Shown piece after piece: positions 38,141 to 48,112 of a DNA stretch of 64,000 nt. The first letter of the stretch is position 1, and the number at the start of each line of letters is the position of its first letter. Origin of the DNA: Gammaproteobacteria bacterium (lineage in GTDB: Bacteria > Pseudomonadota > Gammaproteobacteria > JBCCGL01); the NCBI GenBank assembly GCA_965277715.1, contig OZ255836.1, forward strand, positions 2,464,001 through 2,528,000. Reading direction: 5' to 3'. Position numbers and translations under genes: made by a program. The notes beneath the pieces were generated by a model. The model worked only from the letters and a program-made list of their open reading frames with translations. It ran no database searches and was not told the DNA's origin.

Positions 38141-40204
38141 CTATTCCTCAAAAAACACCCGGTCATATTTCATCCGGTTATTGGGGTCTACCGCTGACTC
38201 CAGCTCACGCGCATAGCGGTGACCCGCAAATACGGCGCCGGCAATAATCGACGGCGCCTCACAGTCGCCAATACGGGACAGGGAGACGGGCTGGTACGTC
38301 GTGCCGGTTTCAAGGCGTTGTTGTAACGCGCTAAACAAAGCCTCATCAGGCGTGCGCATGGTCACGCTTACCACGGCCCCAGCGGCCAGGCTTTTCTGTT
38401 CTCCGGTATAAATGCACGCTATTTGTGCGGTTTGCCCATCGAATGCAGTGAGGCCATAAGCGCTAATAATATCCACACCAAGCTGCCGCAAACGCCTGTG
38501 AACGCGTGGTTGCTCAGCGGTGTGGCCGCCCCAGGCAGAAACCATCGTCTCTGGTGTAACCAGGGTGACGGGGATATTTTTGGCGCGTAAATACTCGGCA
38601 ATCACACTGCCCATGTAGTAGTGGTCATCGTCGTAAATTACCGCAGGGCCTGTAGGCAAACGCCCAGCCAGAATATCATCCGGGGTAAAAACCTGTGCCG
38701 GGGGGCCAAGCGATGTCAGTGGTGTTTGATTAAATAAACCCCGGCCATCTGCCTGCCAGTGCGCGCCGGTGGCGATGACAATATGTTCTGCCTCCATTGC
38801 CAGTACATCGTCTGCTGTCATCTTATTATCAAGGTAGACCTCGACATTGGGCATCGATTGGATTGCGTGCACGCGGTAGTCGCGCACCCTTGCCCACTCG
38901 CTCAGGCCAGGCAGGGCAGACTCACGCGTTACCCGGCCACCGAGTGTCCGCTGCGCCTCGGCCAACAGCACACGGTAGCCGCGCTGCCCCAGTGCCCGGC
39001 TTGCCTCAAGCCCGGCAGGCCCGGCACCGACGACCAGTACCGTGGCCTCAGATGTTTTGGGCGCGATGTGTTCAGGGTGCCAGCCACGCCGCCACTCCTC
39101 ACTGATAGTCGGGTTTTGTGTGCAGCGGATCGGCGTTGCTTTACTGTCCCCCGTGTAGCAAATATTACAGCCAATGCACTCGCGAATTTCATCCAGGCGA
39201 CCCGCTTCAATTTTCTTTGGCAAAAAAGGATCGGCAATAGAGGGCCTCGCGGCACCGATAAAATCGACAATGCCGCGCCTGAGCTGTGACGCCATGGTAT
39301 CCGGGGAGGTGAAGCGTCCCACCGTCACAACAGGCTTGGTGGTAATGGATTTCACATAGGCCATATGCGCTTCGAGCGATGCCTCTTTAACGAAACGGGA
39401 TACCCCCATCTCCTGGGAGTAATCATTGATATTAATGTCCCAGAGGTCTGGCAGTTCAGCCAACATCGCCAGCATATCCCGCTGTTCCCCAACAATTGGC
39501 GTGCCATCGCTGTCAAGCCCCTCATCGGCTGAAAACCGGACGGCTACTGCGCAGGTGTCGCCCACCGCCTCTTTGGTTTCCTCGATCAACTCACGCACCA
39601 GCCGCACCCGGTTTTCCAGCGGGCCACCGTATTCGTCGCTGCGTGTGTTGGTGCGCGCAGAGAGGAAATGCGCGAGCAGGTAGTGGTGGGTGGCGTACAC
39701 GTAGACAATATCAAAACCGGCGGCTTTGGCGCGCAACGCCGCCTGTTTGTGCCAACGCCGCAGTGCGCGAATATCCGCCTTATCCATCGCGCGCGTCTGG
39801 TACGGCACACCTGTGGCATTTGGCATCGTCGTCACATCCATCGCCACCTCATTGGTAAATAAATTGGCTGAGCGCGAGCCACCGACCCAAAGCTCTGCGC
39901 CGGCGAGGGCGCCATGTTCATGCACCTGCTCTGTCATTATCGAATGCGCTTTGATGTCACCCTGATCCCACAGCGAGGCGTAGGGGTGGGGTAAATCGTC
40001 AGAGGCGGGGTGTATCGAGCAATACTCCGTGCACACAACGCCCCATCCCCCCTGTGCTTTTACACCGCGTAAAGCTGCGACCATGCGCGGCCTCACCCAG
40101 CCAAGCCCGGTGCAGTGCGGCACTTGATAAAACCGGTTTTTAGCAGTAACCGGCCCTATTTGAATAGGTTCAAACAATATGTCGTAACGGGGGTCTCGTG
40201 GCAT
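38141..40204 (-). CDS. Trimethylamine/dimethylamine/histamine dehydrogenase-family iron-sulfur flavoprotein
   Basis: DILFEPIQIGP..KNRFYQVPHC (FMN-linking Cys), TEYCSI, ARPSIADPFLP, CIGCNIC...C, GAGPAG. Confidence 0.88.
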   Translation of the reverse strand: MPRDPRYDILFEPIQIGPVTAKNRFYQVPHCTGLGWVRPRMVAALRGVKAQGGWGVVCTEYCSIHPASDDLPHPYASLWDQGDIKAHSIMTEQVHEHGALAGAELWVGGSRSANLFTNEVAMDVTTMPNATGVPYQTRAMDKADIRALRRWHKQAALRAKAAGFDIVYVYATHHYLLAHFLSARTNTRSDEYGGPLENRVRLVRELIEETKEAVGDTCAVAVRFSADEGLDSDGTPIVGEQRDMLAMLAELPDLWDININDYSQEMGVSRFVKEASLEAHMAYVKSITTKPVVTVGRFTSPDTMASQLRRGIVDFIGAARPSIADPFLPKKIEAGRLDEIRECIGCNICYTGDSKATPIRCTQNPTISEEWRRGWHPEHIAPKTSEATVLVVGAGPAGLEASRALGQRGYRVLLAEAQRTLGGRVTRESALPGLSEWARVRDYRVHAIQSMPNVEVYLDNKMTADDVLAMEAEHIVIATGAHWQADGRGLFNQTPLTSLGPPAQVFTPDDILAGRLPTGPAVIYDDDHYYMGSVIAEYLRAKNIPVTLVTPETMVSAWGGHTAEQPRVHRRLRQLGVDIISAYGLTAFDGQTAQIACIYTGEQKSLAAGAVVSVTMRTPDEALFSALQQRLETGTTYQPVSLSRIGDCEAPSIIAGAVFAGHRYARELESAVDPNNRMKYDRVFFEE

Positions 40205-40251
40205 CGACAGGCTCCCAGAATAAGTATCGTCAGATTACCCTAAACAGATTA

Positions 40252-40464
40252 GGGACGTGCACGAAATAAATGCTGGGGTGCGTAAATGTATTAATTTGCC
40301 TTATAGCTGAGGGCTTGAGTGTGTTATTAAAAAATGACACATTCAGGATTGCTAAAATGCTGGTAACAACACTTCATCTTCAGCACCTTAGACGCCCTCG
40401 CTACGATTCAACTGCGGAATTTAGGTTAATATAATAAAAACGGAATTTATTTCGAGCACGTTCC
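40252..40464. mobile_element. MITE family C, 213 bp, 20-bp TIRs (18/20), containing a nested family-A end
   Basis: GGGACGTGCACGAAATAAAT...ATTTATTTCGAGCACGTTCC; flanks TTA/TCA. Confidence 0.65.
40378..40425. mobile_element. Right-end copy of MITE family A
   Basis: 46/48 identical to 22619-22666. Confidence 0.8.
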
Positions 40465-40511
40465 TCAGGGTAGCCACTCATAACGTTTTGGGCCACCCAT
40501 GATCGCTGAAA

Positions 40512-43500
40512 CTATCTGTCTCCCCACAACGCCAACAACTCATCCAGCCTCGTGGCAAACTGCTCACCACTGGCCTGCGCCTGTTGATTGATATGCTGAC
40601 TTAGCAACGCCTTATGCGTCTGTAATTCGGCAATTTTGCTTTCGATGCTGTCTTCAACAATCAATTTATACACAAACACCGGTTTATCCTGGCCAATGCG
40701 GTGTGCCCGGTCGGTCGCTTGTTGTTCGGCGGCACTGTTCCACCAGGGGTCGTAGTGAATAACAGTATCTGCTCTGGTCAGGTTCAGGCCAACGCCCCCC
40801 GCTTTCAGGCTAATTAAAAAAACCGGAACCTTACCCTGCTGAAATTGATCGACCAGCAGGTGCCGTTTGCGGGTTTTTCCCGTGAGCATTTGGTAGTCGA
40901 TATCAAGCGCCTCCAGGTCTTCGGCAAGCAAACTGAGCATCTGCGTAAACTGGGAAAAAACCAAAATGGCCCGGCCTTCATCGACCAGCTCCCGGAGCAT
41001 GTCGATGCAGTGTTGGCGTTTTGCCGAAGGGGTGCTTGTATCCCCCATCAATCGCGGATCACAGCAGACCTGGCGCAGTTTCAATAACTGTGTGAGGATG
41101 ATTATCTGCTGTTGCCCGCTATTCTCGCTTGTGTCGATTTGTGCCTGGATGGTTTGCCAACCGTCGGTTTTAAGCTGCTCATAGAGCGCCCGCTGTTGCC
41201 ATTCCATACTGACCGCCTGGGGAATAACGGTTTTAGGCGGCAGATCCTGCGCCACTTCGTCTTTGTTGCGGCGCAACATAAACGGGGCGATACGTTGCAG
41301 TAACTGATCGAGCCGGGTGCTGTCAGCGACCTGCTCGATCGGGCCTTTAAACCAGGTGTTGAAATGCACCGCGCTGCCCAGACAACCGGGCATAAGAAAA
41401 TCCATTAGTGACCACAGCTCTCCCAGATGATTTTCCACCGGTGTGCCGGACAGGCACAGACGGTGATCGCTGTGCAGTTGTTTGACCGATTGGCTGTTGC
41501 GGGTGCGTGGGTTTTTGATGCCCTGTGCCTCGTCCAGTACCACCCAGCTAAGCGGTTGCGCCTGCCAGTGAGCCAGGTCGTTGCTGATAAGCGTGTAGCT
41601 GGTGATAACAACGGCGTATTGGCCAATACCCTGCCAGTGTTGATGGCGCTGCGTGCCGTGCATCAGCAGGCACGATAGTTGCGGGGTAAAGCGGCGCAGC
41701 TCGTTCACCCAATTGTGTAACAGGCTGGTGGGGGCGACAATCAGCGCCGGTTTTTCCAGTAGCCCCTGTTGGTATTCGAGGCTTAGGTGCGCCAGGGTTT
41801 GCAGGGTTTTCCCCAGGCCCATATCGTCGGCCAGCAGGCCGTTGATATTTTGCTGTCGCAGGTGTTGCAACCAGCAAACACCCAGCCATTGGTAGGGGCG
41901 CAGGGTGGCGTTAACACCGATGGGCTTTTCTGCAATGAGTTGTGGTTGTCGGTGGATAGCGGCCGCCTGATGGCGCAGTGTTTGCTCCCCACTCCACTGC
42001 GTATCCTGTGGGAGACAGTCATCGATATGTTGCAGGCGGTTCAATTGGCTGAGTGGGAACAGATAACCATCGACGCCGCGCTGGCGGCGGCCACCCTCCG
42101 GCATCAAGTCTTTTAGTTCCTGCATAATGCCGTTGATTTTTTCAGCGGGCAGCAACAACCGTTTGCCGTTTTCGAGCTTTATATGCGGCAGGTCACGCGC
42201 ATAAAACTGTTTGTCGACGGTATTCAGGTGATGCAATAAATCTTTCAGCGAAATCGTTTCACCATCGGCCACAATTTGTATCGATAACTGCCAGTGCTGG
42301 TCATCGGTGTGGGTTACGCTAGCCTGCCATTTCTCGGCATAAATGTAATGGTGATAAAACCCCGCTGCGATGGAAAAGACAAAACCGCTGGTGGTTAAAT
42401 CGTGGTCGGTTTCCGTCAGTAGGGCTTCCCAGTGTTGTGGATTGTCAGATAACCATGTCGATACCCGCCGGGGGCTGCCAGTAGTTGCTTGCTCATGCAG
42501 ATTGTCAGGCGGGGCAGGCTGAAAGCCGAGGCGGTAAATCTGTGCACCCAGTTGATCGGCATAGTGGTGTTCGGCTGTGAGTTGTCTGGGGATCTTATAT
42601 AGCGTTTCGCCGTCCCAGTAACCGCAGTCTGTGCGCGGATCATCGGCAGCCAGGCAGGTGCAATAATGGGGCGTGGTGTAGCGAAACCACAACACAAGCT
42701 GATCTGATTTTGTACGGCCCCGCCGCTTAACCGTGGTGCAATGTGCAACAGGGGTGACCGTTGCCTGTATGGTTTTATGCAGCAGTTCTCCAGGCAGGGG
42801 CAAGCCAAGTGCCTGCCATGCAGTTTGGTGTGCCGATAAAAAAGCCGTGGTATCCGCTGGGGTGATAACGGTATTGGTAGCTTCAATTTCTGCCATCGCA
42901 CAGTCATCAGGCAGGCCGTGGCAACACCCTATCACCCCATCAGATGCGGCATAAAATACCTTGTCCTCTATCGCGAAGAGCCTGTGCCGCTGGGGTATTT
43001 CCCACGTCAGTGTCTGCTCGCCGAGGCTGTTTTTTAGCCAGGCCAGTTGTAGGGTTTGGGGCGCACCCTGGGTAGCGGGTATATAAGCATGGATGGCTGA
43101 CAGGCTGCTGCCGATACGGGTATCGACAAAGCAACGCCGTGTATCGATTAATGCCTGAATAAATGGCACAGTGTCGTCGACGGGTACATTTACCGGAGAT
43201 TGTCGGAGAGTATCGTTACTGCTTGTTTTAGGGCTTATTTCTGCGTGAGTCGTGGCGGGATTGGCGTCTATCAGTTGTTTTAAAATATTTATGTCATCGG
43301 TGTGGATAAAAGGGGGCGGCAGTTGCAGGTGTTGCGGCTGGATACGATACGGTGTGGGTGCACTGACAAGCCGTTGGTTATGCAGCTCGACCAGCGCGAG
43401 TGTCAAGTGAGCATGACAATTGACCAGGGTGCGGGGATGCGGCTGCAGCGATTGAGAAAGGCCTAGAAAGTACGCCAGTGTCAACCCCGGTGCCGCGTTG

Positions 43501-43553
43501 TTGTGTTGTGCCGCTTCGTTTTGTTGTTGTCGAAGCTGGGCTAAAAAACTCAC
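40512..43553 (-). CDS. SNF2/RAD54-family helicase-like ATPase
   Basis: LRPYQ, LADDMGLGKT, VLDEAQ, LSGTPVEN, FSQFT, SLKAGGVGLNLT, QATDRAHRIGQ; GTG start overlaps cobS stop (TAGTG). Confidence 0.9.
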   Translation of the reverse strand: MSFLAQLRQQQNEAAQHNNAAPGLTLAYFLGLSQSLQPHPRTLVNCHAHLTLALVELHNQRLVSAPTPYRIQPQHLQLPPPFIHTDDINILKQLIDANPATTHAEISPKTSSNDTLRQSPVNVPVDDTVPFIQALIDTRRCFVDTRIGSSLSAIHAYIPATQGAPQTLQLAWLKNSLGEQTLTWEIPQRHRLFAIEDKVFYAASDGVIGCCHGLPDDCAMAEIEATNTVITPADTTAFLSAHQTAWQALGLPLPGELLHKTIQATVTPVAHCTTVKRRGRTKSDQLVLWFRYTTPHYCTCLAADDPRTDCGYWDGETLYKIPRQLTAEHHYADQLGAQIYRLGFQPAPPDNLHEQATTGSPRRVSTWLSDNPQHWEALLTETDHDLTTSGFVFSIAAGFYHHYIYAEKWQASVTHTDDQHWQLSIQIVADGETISLKDLLHHLNTVDKQFYARDLPHIKLENGKRLLLPAEKINGIMQELKDLMPEGGRRQRGVDGYLFPLSQLNRLQHIDDCLPQDTQWSGEQTLRHQAAAIHRQPQLIAEKPIGVNATLRPYQWLGVCWLQHLRQQNINGLLADDMGLGKTLQTLAHLSLEYQQGLLEKPALIVAPTSLLHNWVNELRRFTPQLSCLLMHGTQRHQHWQGIGQYAVVITSYTLISNDLAHWQAQPLSWVVLDEAQGIKNPRTRNSQSVKQLHSDHRLCLSGTPVENHLGELWSLMDFLMPGCLGSAVHFNTWFKGPIEQVADSTRLDQLLQRIAPFMLRRNKDEVAQDLPPKTVIPQAVSMEWQQRALYEQLKTDGWQTIQAQIDTSENSGQQQIIILTQLLKLRQVCCDPRLMGDTSTPSAKRQHCIDMLRELVDEGRAILVFSQFTQMLSLLAEDLEALDIDYQMLTGKTRKRHLLVDQFQQGKVPVFLISLKAGGVGLNLTRADTVIHYDPWWNSAAEQQATDRAHRIGQDKPVFVYKLIVEDSIESKIAELQTHKALLSQHINQQAQASGEQFATRLDELLALWGDR

Positions 43554-44266
43554 TAAACCAGCACCCCAAACAACACGCACACCTCCACCAGCTCAATGGT
43601 GGCGCCCATTGTATCCCCGGTCATACCGCCAATCTGTTGCAGCATCAGCCAGCGCAACGCACTGACGGCCAGCACCGCGATCAGCACCGCCCAAACACCG
43701 GCAAGCAGGGCACACAATAATGCACTGATAGCGATTACCGCCCAGATATAGCGACGATCAGACGCATCGACATAGCACTGCCCCAGGCCGTTTTCGCGAA
43801 TGTAGGGGGTTGTTTGGTAGAGTGCCAGCACGGCGCCACGCGCCAATACTGGTGCAACCAGTAGCAGGGCTAATTCACCACTTTCGAGCAATACCGATAA
43901 GGCGGCAAATTTGCACAGCAGTAACAACACTAGCATCACCACCGCAAATGGCCCGCAGAGTGGGTCTTTCATTACCTTCAGCGCACGCTGTTTATCGCCC
44001 CGCCCCGCCGCCCAGGCATCAGCGCTATCGGCCAGGCCATCGAGGTGTAAGCCGCCGGTGATTATCACCCAGGCCAGCAGCACCAGCGCGGCGGCCAGCA
44101 GTGGTGCCGCTATTGGCAGGGCGCCTACACAGAGTAATAACAGACCAATAACCGCCCCCACTAGGGGAAAATACAGTAGCGAGCGCGCAACGGTTGGCGC
44201 GTCAAATGTACGCTGAATAGGGAAGATACTGAGAAATTGCAGCGCGGCAAAAAAGGGGGTGTGCAT
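43553..44266 (-). CDS. cobS: Adenosylcobinamide-GDP ribazoletransferase (cobalamin synthase)
   Basis: ALQFLS, FPLVG, TGGLHLDGLADSAD, MKDP, GGMTGDTMGA. Confidence 0.95.
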   Translation of the reverse strand: MHTPFFAALQFLSIFPIQRTFDAPTVARSLLYFPLVGAVIGLLLLCVGALPIAAPLLAAALVLLAWVIITGGLHLDGLADSADAWAAGRGDKQRALKVMKDPLCGPFAVVMLVLLLLCKFAALSVLLESGELALLLVAPVLARGAVLALYQTTPYIRENGLGQCYVDASDRRYIWAVIAISALLCALLAGVWAVLIAVLAVSALRWLMLQQIGGMTGDTMGATIELVEVCVLFGVLV

Positions 44267-44605
44267 GGAATGACGATTCTTTACGTTTAAATAATTGAAG
44301 TATATGAAGTTATATTGCTGTGTTTTTGATTTATTAGGGGTGTTTACCCATGATATTTGGTTACCAGAGGATATTCCTACTACCGATACATCCTGAGTAG
44401 TTACAAAAAAGAAACAACTGGCGGTAAATACGACAGCAGCTAATTTTATTAATTTGTTCTTCCAGTCAAGGAGTGTTTCTGTTCAAGCAATTTCTCCAGA
44501 AATTGCCGGGAGAAAATGAAACACACTGGCGCTTATTGCAAGCCCAATTGCAAAACGGCAGGGTTATCGGGCCAATGGTGCACGATGCGCAGAGGGTTTT
44601 TAGCG

Positions 44606-45265
44606 TTATACCTGCAATGGCGCGGCGTGCGACAGCAGCGAATAGTGGATGGCTTCATCACTCGAATTATCACTTGCACCCTCCTGATGCCAGGCGCGCA
44701 GCCGTGACAAAGAGGCGTATTGCACATCAAACCGCCACATACTGTGCAGCGGCAAACCCAGCGTATGGCAGATAATCATACGAATCGTTCCGCCGTGTGC
44801 GACGACCAATAGATGCTCCCCGCTATAGTGGGTCAGCATCTGATCCCAGGCGGTGGCGACCCGTGCGTTAAAATCGAGCAAACGTTCACCATCAGGCGGC
44901 GTGTTGGCCAGTGCGTCGTGCCAGACTTTGCCGAGCAAATCGGGCCACTGCGCCATCACCTCGGCGCTGTTTAGCCCTTCCCACTGCCCAAAGTGTACCT
45001 CGCGAAACCCCGGTTCGGTATGTAGTGGAATGCCCGTGCATTCAGCGAGTTCATGGGAAAATTGACTACAGCGTAACAGCGGTGAGGTAATCACCCGCTG
45101 CCACGGTACTGTGTGATCGATGTTTACCGGATCAATGGCGGTGCGCATTTGCTGCCAGCCGGTTGCCGATAGGGGGTCATCCTGCGAGCCCCGGAATTTT
45201 CGCCCACCCTGTGGTTCACCGTGGCGAATCAGATCGATGGTGGTCGTGCGTGTACTGTCGGGCAT
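44606..45265 (-). CDS. cobC: Histidine-phosphatase family, alpha-ribazole-5'-phosphate phosphatase
   Basis: RHGE, SPLLRC, EVHFGQWEG, VAHGGTIR; cob operon context. Confidence 0.85.
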   Translation of the reverse strand: MPDSTRTTTIDLIRHGEPQGGRKFRGSQDDPLSATGWQQMRTAIDPVNIDHTVPWQRVITSPLLRCSQFSHELAECTGIPLHTEPGFREVHFGQWEGLNSAEVMAQWPDLLGKVWHDALANTPPDGERLLDFNARVATAWDQMLTHYSGEHLLVVAHGGTIRMIICHTLGLPLHSMWRFDVQYASLSRLRAWHQEGASDNSSDEAIHYSLLSHAAPLQV

Positions 45266-46317
45266 TAATTCAGTTTCTCTGAAACAGCGGCCTCGGCAAA
45301 GGTGGCCATCCCCGCGTGGAGCTTGCAGGCGAGTTGTAGCAATGGCACAGCAATGCCCGCGCCACTGCCTTCACCCAGTCGCAACCCCAAGTCCAGCAAC
45401 GGCCGGGCGTTTAATGCCTGCATTATCGCCGCGTGGCCCGGCTCTGCGGAGGCGTGGGCGTAGTGCAGCCAGTCGCCCACACTGGCCTGGTGTCGATGTG
45501 CCACCAGAGCAGCGGCGCTGGCGATAAAACCATCGACCAGAGCGGGGATGCCCTGTTGTGCACAGTGTAAATAGGCTCCCACAAGTGCGGCGATTTCAAA
45601 GCCGCCCATCAGGCGTAAAACCTCCAGCGGTGGATGGTCGCTGCCGTGAAGCGCCAGCGCAGACTGGATGCATTGGGCTTTGGCATTCACCCCCTGCGCA
45701 TCCAGCCCGGTACCAGGGCCGACGAGTGCGCTGGCGGGCATCGACAGCAAGGCACAGGCGATGGCCGTGGCGGCGCTGGTATTGGCGATGCCCATATCGC
45801 CGCCGATGAACAGTTCAACGCCATTGTCCTGGGCGCGCTGTACCGCCTGCCGACCGGCGTCAAGCGCGCTGCGTAGCTGTGTTTCATCCATCGCCGCCCG
45901 CCGGGAAAAATTGGCGGTGCCCGCCGCGATAGGGGTATCGATAACATTGGCCAACGGTGCCTCCGCCGTGGCCACTGTGCCGAGGTTCACCACCTCAAGG
46001 CGCGCTCCCAGCACCTCTGCCAGGACGCAAATAGCTGCCCCGCCCTGATTAAAGTTTTTCACCATCTCCAGGGTTACCACCTGCGGAAACGCCGAGACGC
46101 CCTCGCTGGCGATGCCGTGATCGGCGGCGAATACGGTGATTTGTACTGCCTCAATCCAGGGTTGTTCCTGGCCTTGCTGGGCGGCCAGTTGCACCGCCAG
46201 TTGCTCCAGGCGGCCAAGTGCCCCCGGTGGCTTGGTTAACTGCCCCTGGCGTTGCAGGGCCGCATCGCGGGCCTGTATATCCAGCGACTGGCAAGGGTCG
46301 TCTATCCAGTTATGCAT
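45265..46317 (-). CDS. cobT: Nicotinate-nucleotide:dimethylbenzimidazole phosphoribosyltransferase
   Basis: [48 protein letters not shown]. Confidence 0.96.
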   Translation of the reverse strand: MHNWIDDPCQSLDIQARDAALQRQGQLTKPPGALGRLEQLAVQLAAQQGQEQPWIEAVQITVFAADHGIASEGVSAFPQVVTLEMVKNFNQGGAAICVLAEVLGARLEVVNLGTVATAEAPLANVIDTPIAAGTANFSRRAAMDETQLRSALDAGRQAVQRAQDNGVELFIGGDMGIANTSAATAIACALLSMPASALVGPGTGLDAQGVNAKAQCIQSALALHGSDHPPLEVLRLMGGFEIAALVGAYLHCAQQGIPALVDGFIASAAALVAHRHQASVGDWLHYAHASAEPGHAAIMQALNARPLLDLGLRLGEGSGAGIAVPLLQLACKLHAGMATFAEAAVSEKLN

Positions 46318-46841
46318 GTGTGCTTCCCGGTTTTTTTTAACGCATAGGGCAATCCGGCGATCACTAGGGTTACCCGTTCACAGCAGTGGGCGATGGATTG
46401 GTTTAATTCACCTAACTGATCGGCGTAACGCCGCGCCAGCGCGTTGGCGGGCATCACGCCCAGGCCGATTTCACTACTGACAAACACAATACCACCGCTG
46501 AGTGTAGGCAGTTGATTTAACAGTTTATCAATCTCGCTTTGGGCGCCGATGGTGGTTTCATCCAGTAACAGGTTGCTCAACCACAAAGTGAGGCAGTCGA
46601 CCAACAGGCAATGCCCAGGGGCATCGTTTTCACGTATGGCGTTGGCCAATGCCAGCGGTGCCTCGACCAGCCGCCAGTGATCCGGGCGGCGCGCGCGGTG
46701 CCTGGCAATGCGCGTGTGCATTTCCTCATCCAGTGGCTGGGCGGTGGCGATATAGGTAACGGCGCAGTGCGTTGCGCTGGCCGCCGCTTCGGCCAGGCGG
46801 CTTTTGCCGGAACGCACACCACCGAGAAAAAGTTGTCGCAT
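46302..46841 (-). CDS. cobU: Bifunctional adenosylcobinamide kinase/guanylyltransferase (CobU/CobP)
   Basis: [41 protein letters not shown]. Confidence 0.95.
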   Translation of the reverse strand: MRQLFLGGVRSGKSRLAEAAASATHCAVTYIATAQPLDEEMHTRIARHRARRPDHWRLVEAPLALANAIRENDAPGHCLLVDCLTLWLSNLLLDETTIGAQSEIDKLLNQLPTLSGGIVFVSSEIGLGVMPANALARRYADQLGELNQSIAHCCERVTLVIAGLPYALKKTGKHTCITG

Positions 46842-46987
46842 ACAGATCAAGTAGTTGAAAATAGCTGCGCATTATAATGCCAGGTGCCTATCGGATTCAG
46901 GATAATGATGACTTCTGCATTGCCGGGCAGGCTGCACTCAAGTAAGCTCTTGCGGTTTTTGTTACGCCTGTTTTTATAGGAAACGAC

Positions 46988-48100
46988 ATGCAACTGAATA
47001 AAATCCCCGCAACGGTCGTCACTGGTTTTCTCGGTAGTGGAAAAACCACGCTGCTGTCCAATCTGCTGAAAAATGCTGGCGGTAAACGCATCGCCGTGAT
47101 CGTCAATGAATTTGGCGAGCTGGATGTCGACGCCGAGCTGTTGCGCAACTGCCCTATCGAAGGGTGCGAAGACGATAGCGCCAATGCACCCGACGACGAT
47201 CCAAAAAATGGCTCGACGAGCGGCCCCAAAAGCGGTATCTACGAACTGGCTAACGGCTGTATTTGCTGCACAGTGCAAGAGGAGTTTCACCCAGTGCTGC
47301 GACAATTAATCGAGCGCCGCGACGAGATCGACCATATCCTTATCGAAACCTCCGGTCTGGCCCTGCCCAAGCCGCTGGTGCAAGCCTTTAACTGGCCGGA
47401 TATCAAAACCCATTGCACCGTCGATGCCGTGGTAACCGTGGTCGATGCCCCCGCGATTGCCGATGGCCGCTACGCCAACGACCCGGACGCGGTAGAGCGT
47501 CAGCGCCTGGCCGATCAGGGACTGGACCACGACCCCAGCCTGCGCGAGCTGTTCGACGACCAGCTCAGTGCCGCCGATTTGGTCGTACTCAACAAAATCG
47601 ATTTAATCGACGCTTCGGCACAGGCGGCAGTCACCGGACGCATCAACCAGCAATTGCCGCGTGCGGTCAAAGTCATCAGCGCTACGCACGGGCAACTGGG
47701 CAGCGAGCAATTACTGGGCATTGCCGCCGCCGCTGAAGAGCAGATAGAAGCGCTGCACACCCACCACGACCACCACCATCACCACGGTGAAGAACACCAC
47801 CACGCGCACGATAACTTCGACTCGATGGTGATTCCGCTCGGTGAAGTCGACAGTGACAAATTGGTCGAGGTGATCGATGCCCTGGTGCGCGAGCATGAAA
47901 TCTACCGGATAAAAGGCTTTATAGCGATTCCCGGCAAACCCATGCGCCAGGTTATTCAAAGCGTGGGCACCCGCACCGAGCGCTACTTTGACCGCCGCTG
48001 GGGTGATGATGAAGCGCGGCAGACGCAGCTAGTGGTTATCGGTCAGCGGCTGTCACGTGAGGTGCTGGAAAACGCACTAAGCACAGCAAAAGCCGCCTAA
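46988..48100 (+). CDS. cobW: CobW (COG0523) metallochaperone GTPase
   Basis: GFLGSGKTT, NEFGE, GCICC, ETSGLALPKPLVQAFNWP, His-rich tract. Confidence 0.92.
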   Translation: MQLNKIPATVVTGFLGSGKTTLLSNLLKNAGGKRIAVIVNEFGELDVDAELLRNCPIEGCEDDSANAPDDDPKNGSTSGPKSGIYELANGCICCTVQEEFHPVLRQLIERRDEIDHILIETSGLALPKPLVQAFNWPDIKTHCTVDAVVTVVDAPAIADGRYANDPDAVERQRLADQGLDHDPSLRELFDDQLSAADLVVLNKIDLIDASAQAAVTGRINQQLPRAVKVISATHGQLGSEQLLGIAAAAEEQIEALHTHHDHHHHHGEEHHHAHDNFDSMVIPLGEVDSDKLVEVIDALVREHEIYRIKGFIAIPGKPMRQVIQSVGTRTERYFDRRWGDDEARQTQLVVIGQRLSREVLENALSTAKAA

Positions 48101-48112
48101 CCACGCCTACCG

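Noticed and set aside
40204-40218. TCGACAGGCTCCCAG resembling the 12673 MITE-type end
   Set aside because: Short match that coincides with the GGGAG ribosome-binding site of the TMADH-like gene; may be chance.
44267-44605. AT-rich gap between cobS and cobC with a stop-free frame continuous with cobS
   Set aside because: No in-frame ATG/GTG/TTG start, no recognisable protein or repeat; probably a decayed insertion.
46851-46987. Expected cobalamin riboswitch between cobU and cobW
   Set aside because: CAGGTGCC is present but no recognisable GGGAA/B12-box core; not supportable without an Rfam scan.
47758-47810. CAC-rich repeat
   Set aside because: Encodes the normal His-rich metal-binding tract of CobW.
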